A stretch of 64,000 bases of DNA, from contig JAXLNO010000627.1 of NCBI GenBank assembly GCA_038087875.1, forward strand, positions 124,001 to 188,000. The letters run 5' to 3'. The notes under the pieces were generated by a model, which made no database searches, was not told the origin of the DNA, and was given only the letters and a program-made list of their open reading frames with translations. The position numbers were made by a program, and so were the translations under genes. This document shows, in pieces, positions 12,910 through 24,371 of the stretch. Numbering within the stretch: position 1 is the first letter of the stretch; each line of letters begins with the position of its first letter. The stretch comes from Malacoraja senta. Taxonomy: Eukaryota.

Positions 12910-13592
12910 TTGTCAAAACATCATTTTTTCACCTCTGCAACATTGCAAAAATCAGATCGTCTCTCACACCCCCCGCTGCTGAAAGACTCATCCATGCCTT
13001 CATCTTCTCCCGACTGGACTACTGTAACTCTCTTCTTTTCGGAATCAATTCCAGCAGCATCAAACGACTCCAACTGGTCCAAAATGCAGCCGCTCGACTC
13101 ATTACCCACACCAAATCCTGGCACCACATCACCCCAGTTCTCAAAGAACTTCACTGGCTTCCCATTTCCCACCGGATCACCTACAAAATCCTGGTCCTCA
13201 CCTACAAAGCCCTCAACAACCTGGCCCCCCCCTTATCTCATTGACCTCCTCTCCCCCTACCAACCCTCACGGTCCCTCAGATCCACATCAGCTGGTCTCC
13301 TCTCCACTCCGAAATCAAACCTCTGCACTTTTGGAGGCAGAGCCTTCTCCAGGGCAGCTCCCAGGCTCTGGAATTCCCTCCCACAACCGGTCCGAAATTC
13401 TGAGTCCCTCACCATCTTCCAGTCCCGCCTCAAGACCCATCTCTTCACCTCTGCATACCCTTAGTCCCATGTTCCCCTCCCCTCTGTCTTACTGCTCTAT
13501 TTTGTTTTGTTTATTCCTGACTCTCAATTGTAAAGCGACTTTGAGTCCTGAAAAGCGCTATATAAATAAAATCTATTATTATTATTATTATT
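12910..13592 (+). mobile_element. L2 LINE 3' fragment inserted in the Penelope element
   Basis: FFHLCNIAKIR...SRLDYCNSLL...HITPVLKELHWLP, then RAFSRAAPRLWNSLP; (TAT)n tail; flanked by atcctg at 12904-12909 and 13593-13598. Confidence 0.88.
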
Positions 13593-15226
13593 ATCCTGGA
13601 CTCAGCACCAGGCCTGATGTTTCCACGCTGCAGACTCCAACTCCCCTGGGTTTGACTGCACTGGTTCCTAGTGCCAGTCCCCCTAACCCTGGTAACCTCA
13701 GTCGCTTCCCCATGCCCCTCAAACGATGTGACCCCAGCTCTTCCCCACCCACACTACAGTCTTCATGCCCCCCTCCTCCCTGACCACCCACCACCCCCCC
13801 ACCAGACATCGCCTCGGCCTCAGTCCACTCACCTGCCTTCCTCCGGCCCCAACCCCCGTCCCTGCCGTGTGTCCACCATCCCCCTGACCTCCCCCTCTCC
13901 AACACCGAACGGTCGGTCCTCAGCAGAGGTCTTACCCCTGTCCCCCTCCGTCCCCACCTCAATGAGTTCCGCGCCCACCACGACTTGGAGCTCTTCTACC
14001 GTCGCCTCCACCTCACAGCGTTCTTCCATGGGAAGGAGTCCTCGCCCCCTATTGATGATCCCTTTTCCCGTCTCCAACGGATCCCCTCCTCGTGGACCCC
14101 CCCCCCCCATGGCCTTCAGGCTTTAGACCTATTTATTCAAAACTGCCGCCGTAACATCAACCGCCTCAACTTCTCCACTCCCCTGTCTCACCCCAATCTC
14201 TCCCCCCCCCCCTGAACGTACAGCCATCGACTCACTCCGCAACAACCCAGACTGGGTTATCAAAGCTGCCGACAAGGGAGGTGCCGTGGTAGTCTGGCGC
14301 GTCGATCTCTACAAAGCTGAGGCCACGCGACGACTCTCGGACACTCCTCTCCACTTACCCCTGGACCATGACCCCACAGACGAGCACCAGGCCACTATCT
14401 CTAGCACCATCACTGACTTTATCCACTACGGCTCCTTGACCGCCCCCGAGCCTCCAACTTCATCGTTCCCCAGCCCCGCACGGCCCGATTTTACCTTCTC
14501 CCCAAAATCCACAAACCTGACTGTCCTGGTAGACCCATTGTCTCTGCCTGTTCGTGCCCTACCGAACTTATTTCCACATACCTTGACTCCATCCTATCCC
14601 CCCCTGGTTAAATCCCTCCCTACCTATGTTCAAGACACCTCAGACACTCTCCGTCGTCTCCGGGCATTTCATTCTCTAGGCTCCCATCCCTCATCTTCAC
14701 CATGGACGTCCAGTCACTCTACACCTCCACCCCCCACCAGGATGGTCTCAAAACCCTCCGGTTCTTCCTCGACCGTAGAACCAACAATACCCGTCCACTG
14801 ATACTATCCTCCGCCTAGCGGAGTTGGTCCTTACCCACAATAAATTCTCATTTGACTCCTCCCATTTCCTCGAAATACAAGGCGTAGCTATGGGCACACG
14901 CATGAGCCCCAGCTATGCCTGCCTCTTTGTAGGGTACGTCGAACAATCCTTGTTCGAGGCGTACCAGGGTCCCATCCCCGACCTCTCCCTTCCGCTACAT
15001 CGACAATTGCTTTGGTGCTACCTCCTGCACCCACACACAACTGACTGACTTCATCCGTTTCACCACTAACTTCCATACGGCACTCAAATACACCTGGACC
15101 ATTTCCGACACTTCCCTACCATTTCTTGACCTCACTATCTCCATCGCAGGTGATAGACTTCTGACCGACATCCACTATAAACCCACTGACTCCCATGGCT
15201 ATCTAGACTACACTTCTTCCCACCCT

Positions 15227-15570
15227 GATGCAGGAAGATTGTTCCCGATGTTGGGGAAGTCCAGGACAAGGGGTCACAGTTTAAGGATAAAGGGGAAATC
15301 CTTTAGGACCGAGATGAGAAAAACAATTTTCACACAGAGAGTGGTGAATCTCTGGAACTCTCTGCCACAGACGGTAGTTGAGGCCAGTTCATTGGCTATA
15401 TTTAAGAGGGAGTTAGATGTGGCCCTTGTGGCTAAAGGGATCAGGGGGGTATGGAGAGAAAGCAGGTACAGGATACTGAGTTAGATGATCAGCCATGATC
15501 ATATTGAACGGCGGTGCAGGCCCGAAGGGCCGAATGGCCTACTCCTGCACCTATTTTCTATGTTTCTATG
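15227..15570 (+). mobile_element. CR1/HER1 3' fragment inserted in the Penelope ORF
   Basis: FPMLGKSRTRGHSLRIKG...VVNLWNSLP plus ctatgtttctatg tail; the Penelope sequence rejoins as cccaccctg|cttcctgtaagg. Confidence 0.88.
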
Positions 15571-16463
15571 CTTCCTGTAAGGACTCCATCCCTACTCCCA
15601 ATTCCTCTGTCTACGCCGCATCTGCTCCCAGGATGAGGTGTTCCACACCAGGGCATCGGAAATGTCCTCATTCTTCAAGGAACGGGCATTCCCCTCCCCT
15701 ACTATAGATGAGGCCCTAACCAGGGTCTCTTCAATACCCCGTAACACTCTCTCTCCCCATCCCCCCACTCGTAACCAGGGCAAGAGTCCCCCTAGTCCTC
15801 ACCTTTCACCCCACTAGCCGTCACATACAACAAATAGTCCTCCATCATTTTCGCCACCTCCAACGTGACCACACCACTCGCCACATCTTCCCATCTCCCC
15901 CCTGTCTGCTTTCGCCAAAGACCGCTCCCTCCGTAACTCCCTGGTCAATTCTTCCCTTCCCTCCCGCACCACCCCCTCCCTGCTACACTTGTCACTTTAC
16001 CTCCCCCCTCGACTCCATTCAAGGACCTAAGCAGTCGTTCCTGGTGCGACAGAGGTTCACCTGCATCTCCTCCAACCTCATCTATTGCATCCGCTGCTCT
16101 AGATGTCAGCTGATCTACATCGGTGAGACCAAGCGTAGGCTTGGCGATCGTTTCACCGAACACCTCCGTTTGGTCCGCATTAACCAACCTGATCTCCCGG
16201 TGGCTCAGCACTTCAACTCCCCCTCCTATTCCGAATCCGACCTTTCTGTCCTGGGCCTCCTCCATGGCCAGAGTGAGCACCACCGGAAATTGGAGGAGCA
16301 GCACCTCATATTCTGCTTGGGCAGTTTGCACCCTAGCAGCATAAACATTGACTTCTCCAATTGCCGGTAGCCCTTGCTGTCTCCTCCCCTTCTCAGCTCT
16401 CCCTCAGCCCTCGGGCTCCTCCTCTTCCTTTCACCTTTCTTCTCCCCCCCTCTCCACCCTACA

Positions 16464-16500
16464 TCAGTCTGAAGAAGGGTTTTGGCCTGAAACGTTGCCT
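16464..16500 (+). ncRNA. Hammerhead ribozyme-like motif in the Penelope terminal repeat
   Basis: cagt CTGAAGA agggttttggcct GAAAC gtt. Confidence 0.55.
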
Positions 16501-17269
16501 ATTTCCTCCGCTCCATAGATGCTGCTGCACCTGCTGAGTTTCTCCAGCACTTTTGTCTACCTTCGATTTTCCAGCATCTGCAGTTCCTTCTTAAACAAGA
16601 AGGGGATATTCACCTTGTTGGGTATGTATTCCAGGCCTTCAAATGGTAAACGGAAATAAGGAGAAGAAATTTACCGGGAGATTCAGGCATTAGCAAGACT
16701 ATTAGGTTTGTTATCGGAGGAAATTTTATCTGGGCCTGCCAGTGCCAACCTTTAGTTGGGATACAAATTTTCATACTGGATGCGTGCTGATGTCCAGTTC
16801 TTGGGTACGAAATAATTTCATTCAATTGACATTCAAATGAAATATGTTAATTAGTATTAAAAATTGACATTTATGCTATTTTAAGCTTTTGCTAATATGT
16901 GGGAATCTGTGATATTTTCAATACATTTACAAATTTGAATATATCAACAGTCTCAGAAAATGGAAATATACGCGCCTAATGCCAGGAATATTTATGTATG
17001 CATACAATCGATGTGATTCCGCACCAATATTACCTTCTGTCAAAACTGTCAGGGCGTACCGAAACTTACACAAATGTTATTTCACATCCGAGTTATTTCC
17101 ATTGCTGAGTCCGCTTTGTGCCCGGATTCCCATCTGTGATGACGGGCACAACTGGACCCAGAATTACATGAACCACCGAAGGAGCAGAAAAAATTACCAA
17201 TTTTTTCCTGAAATTTCTCTTGAAGCGAATCTTCCACTCCATTGGCATCCCCAACACAGGGAATTATAT

Positions 17270-17466
17270 AGTTTAAAAGGAACTGCAGATGCTGGAAAAT
17301 TGAAGGTACACTAAAATGCTGGAAAATCGAAGGTACACAAAAATGCTGGAGCAGCATCTATGGAGCGAAGGAAATATGCAGGGTTTTGGCCCGAAACGTT
17401 GCCTATTTCCTTTGCTCCATAGATGCTGCTGCAACCGCTGAGTTTCTCCAGCATTTTTGTGTACCT
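17270..17466. mobile_element. Mini Penelope-derived inverted-repeat insertion with 14-bp TSD
   Basis: Two opposed pLTR pieces flanked by acagggaattatat at 17256-17269 and 17467-17480. Confidence 0.8.
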
Positions 17467-17805
17467 ACAGGGAATTATATTGTTGCACCGCAACCATGTT
17501 TAGATTATTTAAGGGCAAGTAGAAAAGGAATTACCCCAATGAATAGATCAAATGTACCTTGATTGCCAGAGCTATGTAAAATGATAATGTAATTTCACTA
17601 TCTTTTGATATGCCGTACAATACTTACCAAATGTCATCGTCATTCTAAAGGACCTCTGTCTGGAATGTTGCCCATGTGTTGCCTTTGTCAGCGTCATTCC
17701 ATGTTCCATTGACATAGGTGACCAATTTTCTTCGATCCTCTCTTAAAATTGATAAACATAAAAGGGATAATCAATAATTATCTACTTTCAAAAAATAGTT
17801 GTATC

Positions 17806-18171
17806 CAAAGATACTAGAGGAGCAAGATAGACCACACCCCGAAATCCAATGGAGTGACGTGTAGTACGTAACGGAACGTCACGGCCGCCATTTTTAAATG
17901 CAAAACGCGACATCTTTGGTAGCGGGGACGGACTCCACAGTTATACAACCTGCGCTTACATCAGGTCACAGGGAAGAGCAAAGATACTAGAGGCTCCTCT
18001 AGTATCTTTGGGGGAAGAGGACGTTTCCTCCACTCCCGAGTTGATCCAGGACTGATTCTCGGTCCCCCCGATACCAGATGAAGGCAGCCGGCACCAGGCT
18101 CTCTGTCTGGCGGGAGAGCCTCAAGCGTCGGCGCTCCCGAGGCAGCGGGCAATGCTCCTCTAGTATCTTTG
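17806..18171. mobile_element. Non-autonomous DNA transposon (MITE), possibly P-element superfamily
   Basis: Perfect 19-bp TIR caaagatactagaggagca / tgctcctctagtatctttg; CA...TG termini; imperfect 8-bp flanks gttgtatc / gtgtaatc. The superfamily is an inference. Confidence 0.7.
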
Positions 18172-18914
18172 GTGTAATCCGTTACAAAGATTGATCCGCT
18201 CGATCATCTTTGGTGTAATCCGTGTTGTAGGGAACAGTGTTTTATATAGCATCTATCACTTCACATATTTAGTTAATATTATTGTAAATATTATTATTAT
18301 TATTGTAAATTGCAGTCCGGTAAAATGGCGTCAACACTCACCCATGTCATACTACGCTTTTTTCGCAGAGTGGTGCATCTTGCTCTGCTCTATCATGTTT
18401 GGTTGTATCTGTCTCTTATTTTTATCTGTATCTCCTATCAAAAATCGTTTGTCTTGTCTTCAGTGTCTGCAGCCGTTTTCCCACCACTGATCCTTTGCGC
18501 TTTTCACAGGAACATCAGTTCATTCCCCAAAAGGTAGAGGAAGTATAGTTTCTCAGATTTGTTACAGTTCGGTACATGTTTTACACGTTTCTAAACCGTT
18601 TGGCATCTATCTCTATGATTTTGTTAACATTCATTATTTTCAATGCAATGTTTTTATCGGTTTGCTATCTATCTCTATGATTTTGTTAGCATTCATTATT
18701 TTCAATTTTCTGTGATTTTAGTCCGATCATTATTACAGTGATCATGCCTGATTGAACAATAGCCACTGTTCACCACTCGCTTGACGCCCACTTCCACGTT
18801 TCAGCTCTTCCGATCTGTGGCCACGAATCCAGTGGCGCCTTGAAGGCACGATGCACCGTCCATAGCTTGTCGACTCAACTTATTCTGGATCATATGACTT
18901 GATAGTCTAGTTTG

Positions 18915-19322
18915 CCAGTTTAGTGTGTTGTCACGTGTACCAAAGTACAGTGAAAAGCTTTTTTTTTGTTACGTGATATCCAGTCATCAAAAATATATTA
19001 TAATTACAATCAAGCCGTCCACTCTGTTGAGACATTTGAATAAAGGGAATAATGTTTAGTGCAATTTAAAATCCAGTAATGTCCAAATAAAGATAGACCG
19101 ATGGTCTCCAATGAGGTAGATAGTAAGTCACGACCGTGCGCTACTTGCAGATGGGATGGTTCAGTTGCTGATAACAGCTGGGAAGAAACTATCCCGGAAT
19201 CTGAATATGTGCGTTCATTTCACTTCTGCACCTCTTGTCCGATGGAGTGGAGGAGGGAGTGCGACTCGTCCTTGATTATGCTTATGTCTTTGCCTGGGCA
19301 GCGTGAAATGTAGATGGAGTCA
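18915..19322 (-). mobile_element. Rex/Babar-type LINE 3' fragment
   Basis: The minus strand encodes a SIY.SRC.GK..SII.D.SH-type C-terminus; same family at ~39190-39330, 39820-40100, 42610-42685, 43160-43245, 44540-44680 and 45760-45900. Confidence 0.6.
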
Positions 19323-19439
19323 TTTTCTTCCGTTCCTCCAATAATTTGGGAGCCTTGTAGCATTCCGTTACATCAAAAGGCCTATAGTATCTAATTTCTA
19401 AATTATATAAAAATATAATTGAATACAGAGAAGTGATAC

Positions 19440-20056
19440 CTGTTGCATTTTGGGACGTCCAACAAGGGCAGGAACTACACAGTGAATGGCAGGCCTCTGG
19501 GTAGTGTTGAAAAGCCAGAGGGATCAATGAATGCAGGTGCATGGTTCCTTGAAGGTCGAGTCACAGATAGATAAGCTGGTCAAAAAGGCTTTTGGCACAT
19601 TGGCCTTCATCAGCCAGAGTATAGAAGTTGGGAGGTCACGTTGCAGTTGTATAAGACTTTGGTTAGATGGCATTTGTAATATGTGTTCAGTTCTGGGCAC
19701 CATGTTATGGGAAAGATATTGTCAAGCTTGAAAGGGTTCAGAGACAATCTACGAGGATGTTGCCAGGACTACAGGGTGTGAGCTATAGGGAGAGGTTGAG
19801 TAGGCTGGGTCTCTATTCCCTGGAGCACAGGAGGATGAGAGGCGATCTTATAGAGGTGTATAAAATCATGTGATGAATAGATTGGATAGATGCACAGTCT
19901 CTTGCCCAGAGCGGGGGAATTGAGAACCAGAGAACATAGGTTCAAGGTGAAGGGGGAAAAGATTTAATAGGAATCTGAGGGGAACTTTTTCACAAAAAGG
20001 GTGGTGAGTTTTAGAAACAAGCTGCCGGGTGAGATAGTTGAGGCTGGGACTATCTG
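19440..20056 (+). mobile_element. CR1 RT C-terminal fragment
   Basis: VQFWAPCYGKDIVKLERVQR...RGDLIEVYKIM. Confidence 0.85.
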
Positions 20057-20189
20057 CCACAATTACTAAAGAAAATGGTGCGCTACAATCTCTTAGTTCT
20101 GGGCTTGCCTGAAAGTCCAGGGAAACCAAATTGGTCAGCGGGCAGTCCATTATCTACTCCGGACAGGAAGAGGAGGGAGTGAAGCATCG

Positions 20190-20433
20190 AAGAAGAAATG
20201 AAGACACACCCTCAGGATACCTGCCACAAACATCACCCCGGCAAGCCCTGAAATGGAACCCCCAAGGAAAAAGGAAAAGAGGTCGCCCCAGGAACAGCTG
20301 GAGAAGAGGTGTCCAGACAGAAATGTCTGAGAGTGGGCTCAACTGGGGAGATCTTGAAAGAACTGCCAACAACCGAGTGAGGTGGAGGAGATTTGTCAAT
20401 GGCCAATGCTGCCTCGAGGAGCAAAGGGCTTAA
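20190..20433 (+). mobile_element. RTE-clade LINE 3' fragment
   Basis: RQALKWNPQGKRKRGRPRNSWRR...W.DLERTANNRVRWRRFV is the typical RTE C-terminus. Confidence 0.75.
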
Positions 20434-20699
20434 GAACTAAACCCCTCAACCACCTCGACCAAACATCACCTCAGCTAAACATCACATCAGCTAAATTTCA
20501 CACCTTACTAACGTTGCTTCGATTAAACCCCTCGCTTCAACTAAACCTCACGTCGACTAAACTTCACCTCGACTAAACCTCACTCCTCACTGCTAAACTA
20601 CTCCTAACACCTAAACCTCGCTTCAACTAAACGCCTCGCCTTGAACCTCAACTCAACTAAACCTCACCTCAGTGAAACCTCTGTCTCAACACATTGAAC

Positions 20700-20919
20700 C
20701 TCTGGTTCAACGCCAACATGCATCGCTGGGGGCTGCGTTCATCTGCAGCCTGCATGTGTGGAGCAGACCAGCAAACAGCGTAGCACGTCATTTTCGACTG
20801 CGCTGTCCTCCTTCCCCTGGTGGAGGGGTAGACCTCACGGCCCTCGACAACAGCACATTGAACCGGCTACAGCCTGGAGGGCGGTACATAACCTCTGCTG
20901 CCTCAAACACAAGAAGAAG
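20700..20919 (+). mobile_element. Ingi/Vingi-like LINE 3' fragment inserted in the left arm
   Basis: WFNANMHRWGLRSSAACMCGADQQTA*HVIFDC (C-terminal CCHC knuckle), ending in an (AAG)3 tail. Confidence 0.55.
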
Positions 20920-21119
20920 CTAAACCTCACCTCACTAAACCTCACCTCACTAAACCTCACCTCAACTAAACCCACTCCACACGACTAAATCCTCACCTCG
21001 ACTAAACTTTACCTCACTAAACCTCACCTCAACTAAACCTCCCACCTCACAACTAAACTTTACCTCAACTATTCACTTGAACTAAACCTAAACCTTGCAT
21101 CAGCTAAATGTCACAACTC

Positions 21120-22985
21120 TTACCTCACCCCCACTACACTCACCCTCACCCCCACTATCACCTCACCCCCACTACACCTCACCCTCACTACACCACTCAC
21201 CCCCACTACACCTCACCCCGCTACACCTTACCCCCACTACACCTCACCCCCACCCCCACTACACCTCACCCCCACCCCCACTACACCTCACCCACGCTAC
21301 ACCTCACCCCCGCTACACCTCACCCCCACCCCCACTACACCTCACCCCCACCCCCACTTCACCTCACCCCCACTACACTCACCCCCACTACACCTCACCC
21401 CCACTACACTCACCCCACCCCCACTACACCTCCCCCACCCCCACTACACCTCACCCCCACTACACCTCACCCCCACCCCCACTACACCTCACCCCCGCTA
21501 CACCTCACCCCCCACCCCCACTTCACCTCACCCCCACTACACCTCACCCCCACCCCCACTACACCTCACCCCACCCCCACTACACCTCACCCCCACCCCC
21601 ACCCCCACTACACCTCACCCCCGCTACACCTCACCCCCACCCCCACTTCACCTCACCCCCGCTACACCTCACCCCACCCCCACTACACCTCACCCCCCAC
21701 CCCATTACACCTCACCCCACCCCCATTACACCTCACCCCCACTACACCTCACCCCCACCCCCACTAACGCCTCACCCCCACCCCCACTACGCCTCACCCC
21801 CACTACACCTCACCCCCACTACACCTCACCCCCACCCCCACCCCCACTACACCTCAACCCCACTACACCTCACCCCCACCCGCACCCCCACCTACACCTC
21901 ACCCCCACCCCCACTACGCCTCACCCCCACTACGCCTCACCCCCACTACGCCTCACCCCCACTACGCCTCACCCCCACTACGCCTCACCCCCACTACACC
22001 TCACCCCACCCCCACCCCCCTACACCTCACCCCCACTACACCTCACTCACCCCCACCCCACTACACCCACCCCCACCCCCACTACACCTCACCCCCACTA
22101 CACCTCACCCCCACTACACCTCACCCCACTACACCTCACCCCCACTACACCTCACCCCCACCCCCACCCCCACCCCCACCACCCACTACGCCTCACCCCC
22201 ACCCCCACTACGCCTCACCCCCACTACACCTCACCCCCACTACACCTCACCCCCACTACACCTCACCCCCACTACACCTCACCCCCACTACACCTCAACC
22301 CCCACCCCCACTACGCCTCACCCCCACTACGCCTCACCCCCACTACGCCTCACCCCCACTACACCTCACCCACACCCCCACTACACTCACCCCCACTACA
22401 CCTCACCCCACACACCCCACCCCCACTACGCCTCACCCCCACTACGCCCCACCCCCACTACGCCCCACCCCCACTACGCCTCACCCCCACTACGCCTCAC
22501 CCCCACTACGCCTCACCCCCACTACGCCTCACCCACCACTCACCACCCCACTACCCTCACCCCCACTACACCTCACCCCACCCCCACTACACCTCACCCC
22601 CACTACACCCCACCCCCACTACACCCCACCCCCACTACACCTCACCCCCACTACACCCCACCCCCACTACGCCTCACCCCCACTACGCCTCACCCCCACC
22701 CCCACTACACCTCACCCCCACTACACCTCACCCCCACTACACCTCACCCCCACTACACCTCACCCCCACTACACCTCACCCCCACTACACCTCACCCCCA
22801 CTACACCTCCCACCTCACGTTGACCAAACTTCACCTCAACTACACTTCACCTCAACTACACTTCACCTCAACTACACTTCACCTCAACTACACTTCACCT
22901 CAACTACACTTCACCTCAACTACACTTCACCTCAACTACACTTCACCTCAACTACACTTCACCTCAACTACACTTCACCTCAACT
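21120..22985 (+). repeat. Minisatellite: (CACCCCCACTACACCT)n variants, then a homogeneous (CTTCACCTCAACTACA)n block at ~22830-22985
   Basis: Directly visible 16-bp periodicity. Confidence 0.92.
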
Positions 22986-23028
22986 AAACCTAAACGTCAC
23001 CTCAATAAACTCCACCTCACGACTAAAC

Positions 23029-23502
23029 TATTTATAGCCCCTCCCCCCCCCCCCCCCGGCCGTTGGCGGCGCCTCACGTGAGCGGAGCGGATCCAACCAG
23101 AGCGCGGGTCACGTGGACAACTACAGCCCTCGCGGGGGGGGGCGAACGCGGAGAGCGGAGCAGGCGCACTGCCCGAGAGAGCCGGTGGGAAGGGGGAAGG
23201 GGGGCGCACGCTCGCTGACGTTGTTGTTGACGTCGAGTCCGAGGCCAGACCCCCCCCCCCGGCCTGGGCGGCCGCAGCCCCTCCCCACCGGCTCTCTCGG
23301 GCAGTGCGCCTGCGCCGCTCTCCGCGTTCGCCCCCCCCCCCCCCCCCCCCGGCGAGGATGGCGCGAGACTCGCGACGGCTTTTGGCGCCTTTTTCCCGCG
23401 AGGGCTGTAGTTGTCCACGTGACCCGCGCTCTGGTTGGATCCGCTCCGCTCACGTGAGGCGCCGCCAACGGCCGGGGGGGGGGGGGGGAGGGGCTATAAA
23501 TA
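23029..23502. promoter_or_regulatory. CpG-island-like divergent promoter at the palindrome axis
   Basis: Very CpG-rich; TATAAATA at 23495-23502 (+) and 23029-23036 (-); CACGTG E-boxes at 23075, 23110, 23416, 23451; NRF1-like tgcgcctgcgc, YY1-like gatggcg, tcgcga and actaca motifs. Function is inferred. Confidence 0.6.
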
Positions 23503-24166
23503 GTTTAGTCGTGAGGTGGAGTTTATTGAGGTGACGTTTAGGTTTAGTTCAGGTGAAGTGTAGTTGAGGTGAAGTTTAGTCAACGTGAGGGTGAGGTGTA
23601 GCGGTGGTGAGGTGAGGTGTAGCGGGGGTGAGGTGAGGTGTAGCGGGGGTGAGGTGAGGTGTAGCGGGGGTGAGGTGAGGTGTAGCGGGGGTGAGGTGTA
23701 GCGGGGGTGAGGTGTAGCGGGGGTGAGGTGTAGCGGGGGTGAGGTGTAGTGGGGGTGAGGTGTAGCGGGGGTGAGGTGTAGTGGGGGTGAGGTGTAGCGG
23801 GGGTGAGGTGTAGTGGGGGTGAGGTGTAGTGGGGGTGAGGGTGAGGTGTAGTGGGGGTGGGGTGTAGTGAGGGGTGAGGTTTAGTTGAGGTGAAGTTTAG
23901 TCAACGTGAGGTTTAGATGAAGCGAGGGGTTTAATCGAAGCAATGTTTAGTGAGGTGTGAAATGTAGTTGAGGTGAGCTTTAGCTGAGGTGAAGTTTGTT
24001 CGAGGTGATTGAGGGGTTTAGTTGAGGTGAGGTAAAGTTTAGTTGAGGTGAGGATTTAGTTGAGGTGTGAGGTTTAGTTGCGGTGAAGTTTAGTCGAGGA
24101 GCAGTTTAGTGAGTTGAGGGTTAGGTGTGAGGTGAAGTTTAGTCGAGGCGAGGTTTAGTAGTGAGG

Positions 24167-24371
24167 ATTAAGAAAGAACTGCAGATGCTGGAAAAATCGA
24201 AGGTAGATAAAAAATGTTGGGGAAACTCAGCGGGTGAGGCGGCATCTATGGAGCGAAGGAATAGGTGACGTTTCGGGTCGAGACCCTTCTTCAGACTGAA
24301 GACGTCACCTATTTCCTTCGCTCCATAGATGCTGCCTCACCCGCTGAGTTTCTCCAGCATTTTTGTCTACC
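24167..24371. mobile_element. Mini Penelope-derived hairpin insertion with minus-strand hammerhead core
   Basis: Opposed pLTR pieces; gacgtttcgggtcgagacccttcttcag is the reverse complement of the HHR core; flanked by tttagtagtgagg / tttaatagtgagg. Confidence 0.8.

Larger units (their letters stand above)
12660..16597 (+). mobile_element. Penelope-like retroelement (RT + GIY-YIG), frameshifted, with two nested LINE insertions
   Basis: IKAADKGGAVVV, GVAMGTRMSPSYACLFVG (RT); TCISSNLIYCIRCSRCQLIYIGETKRRLGDRFTEH (GIY-YIG with Cys motif, 16044-16370); terminal repeat with a hammerhead core at ~16469. The 5' boundary is approximate. Confidence 0.88.

Noticed and set aside
21095..22987. 630-aa extensin-like ORF
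   Set aside because: Translation of a 16-bp minisatellite (unit not a multiple of 3, so the peptide cycles through frames); begins at TTG, not ATG.
23074..23534. Paired ORFs with identical ends on both strands (MDNYSPRG..., ...INSLVVRWSLLR)
   Set aside because: A consequence of the palindrome; no recognisable domain.
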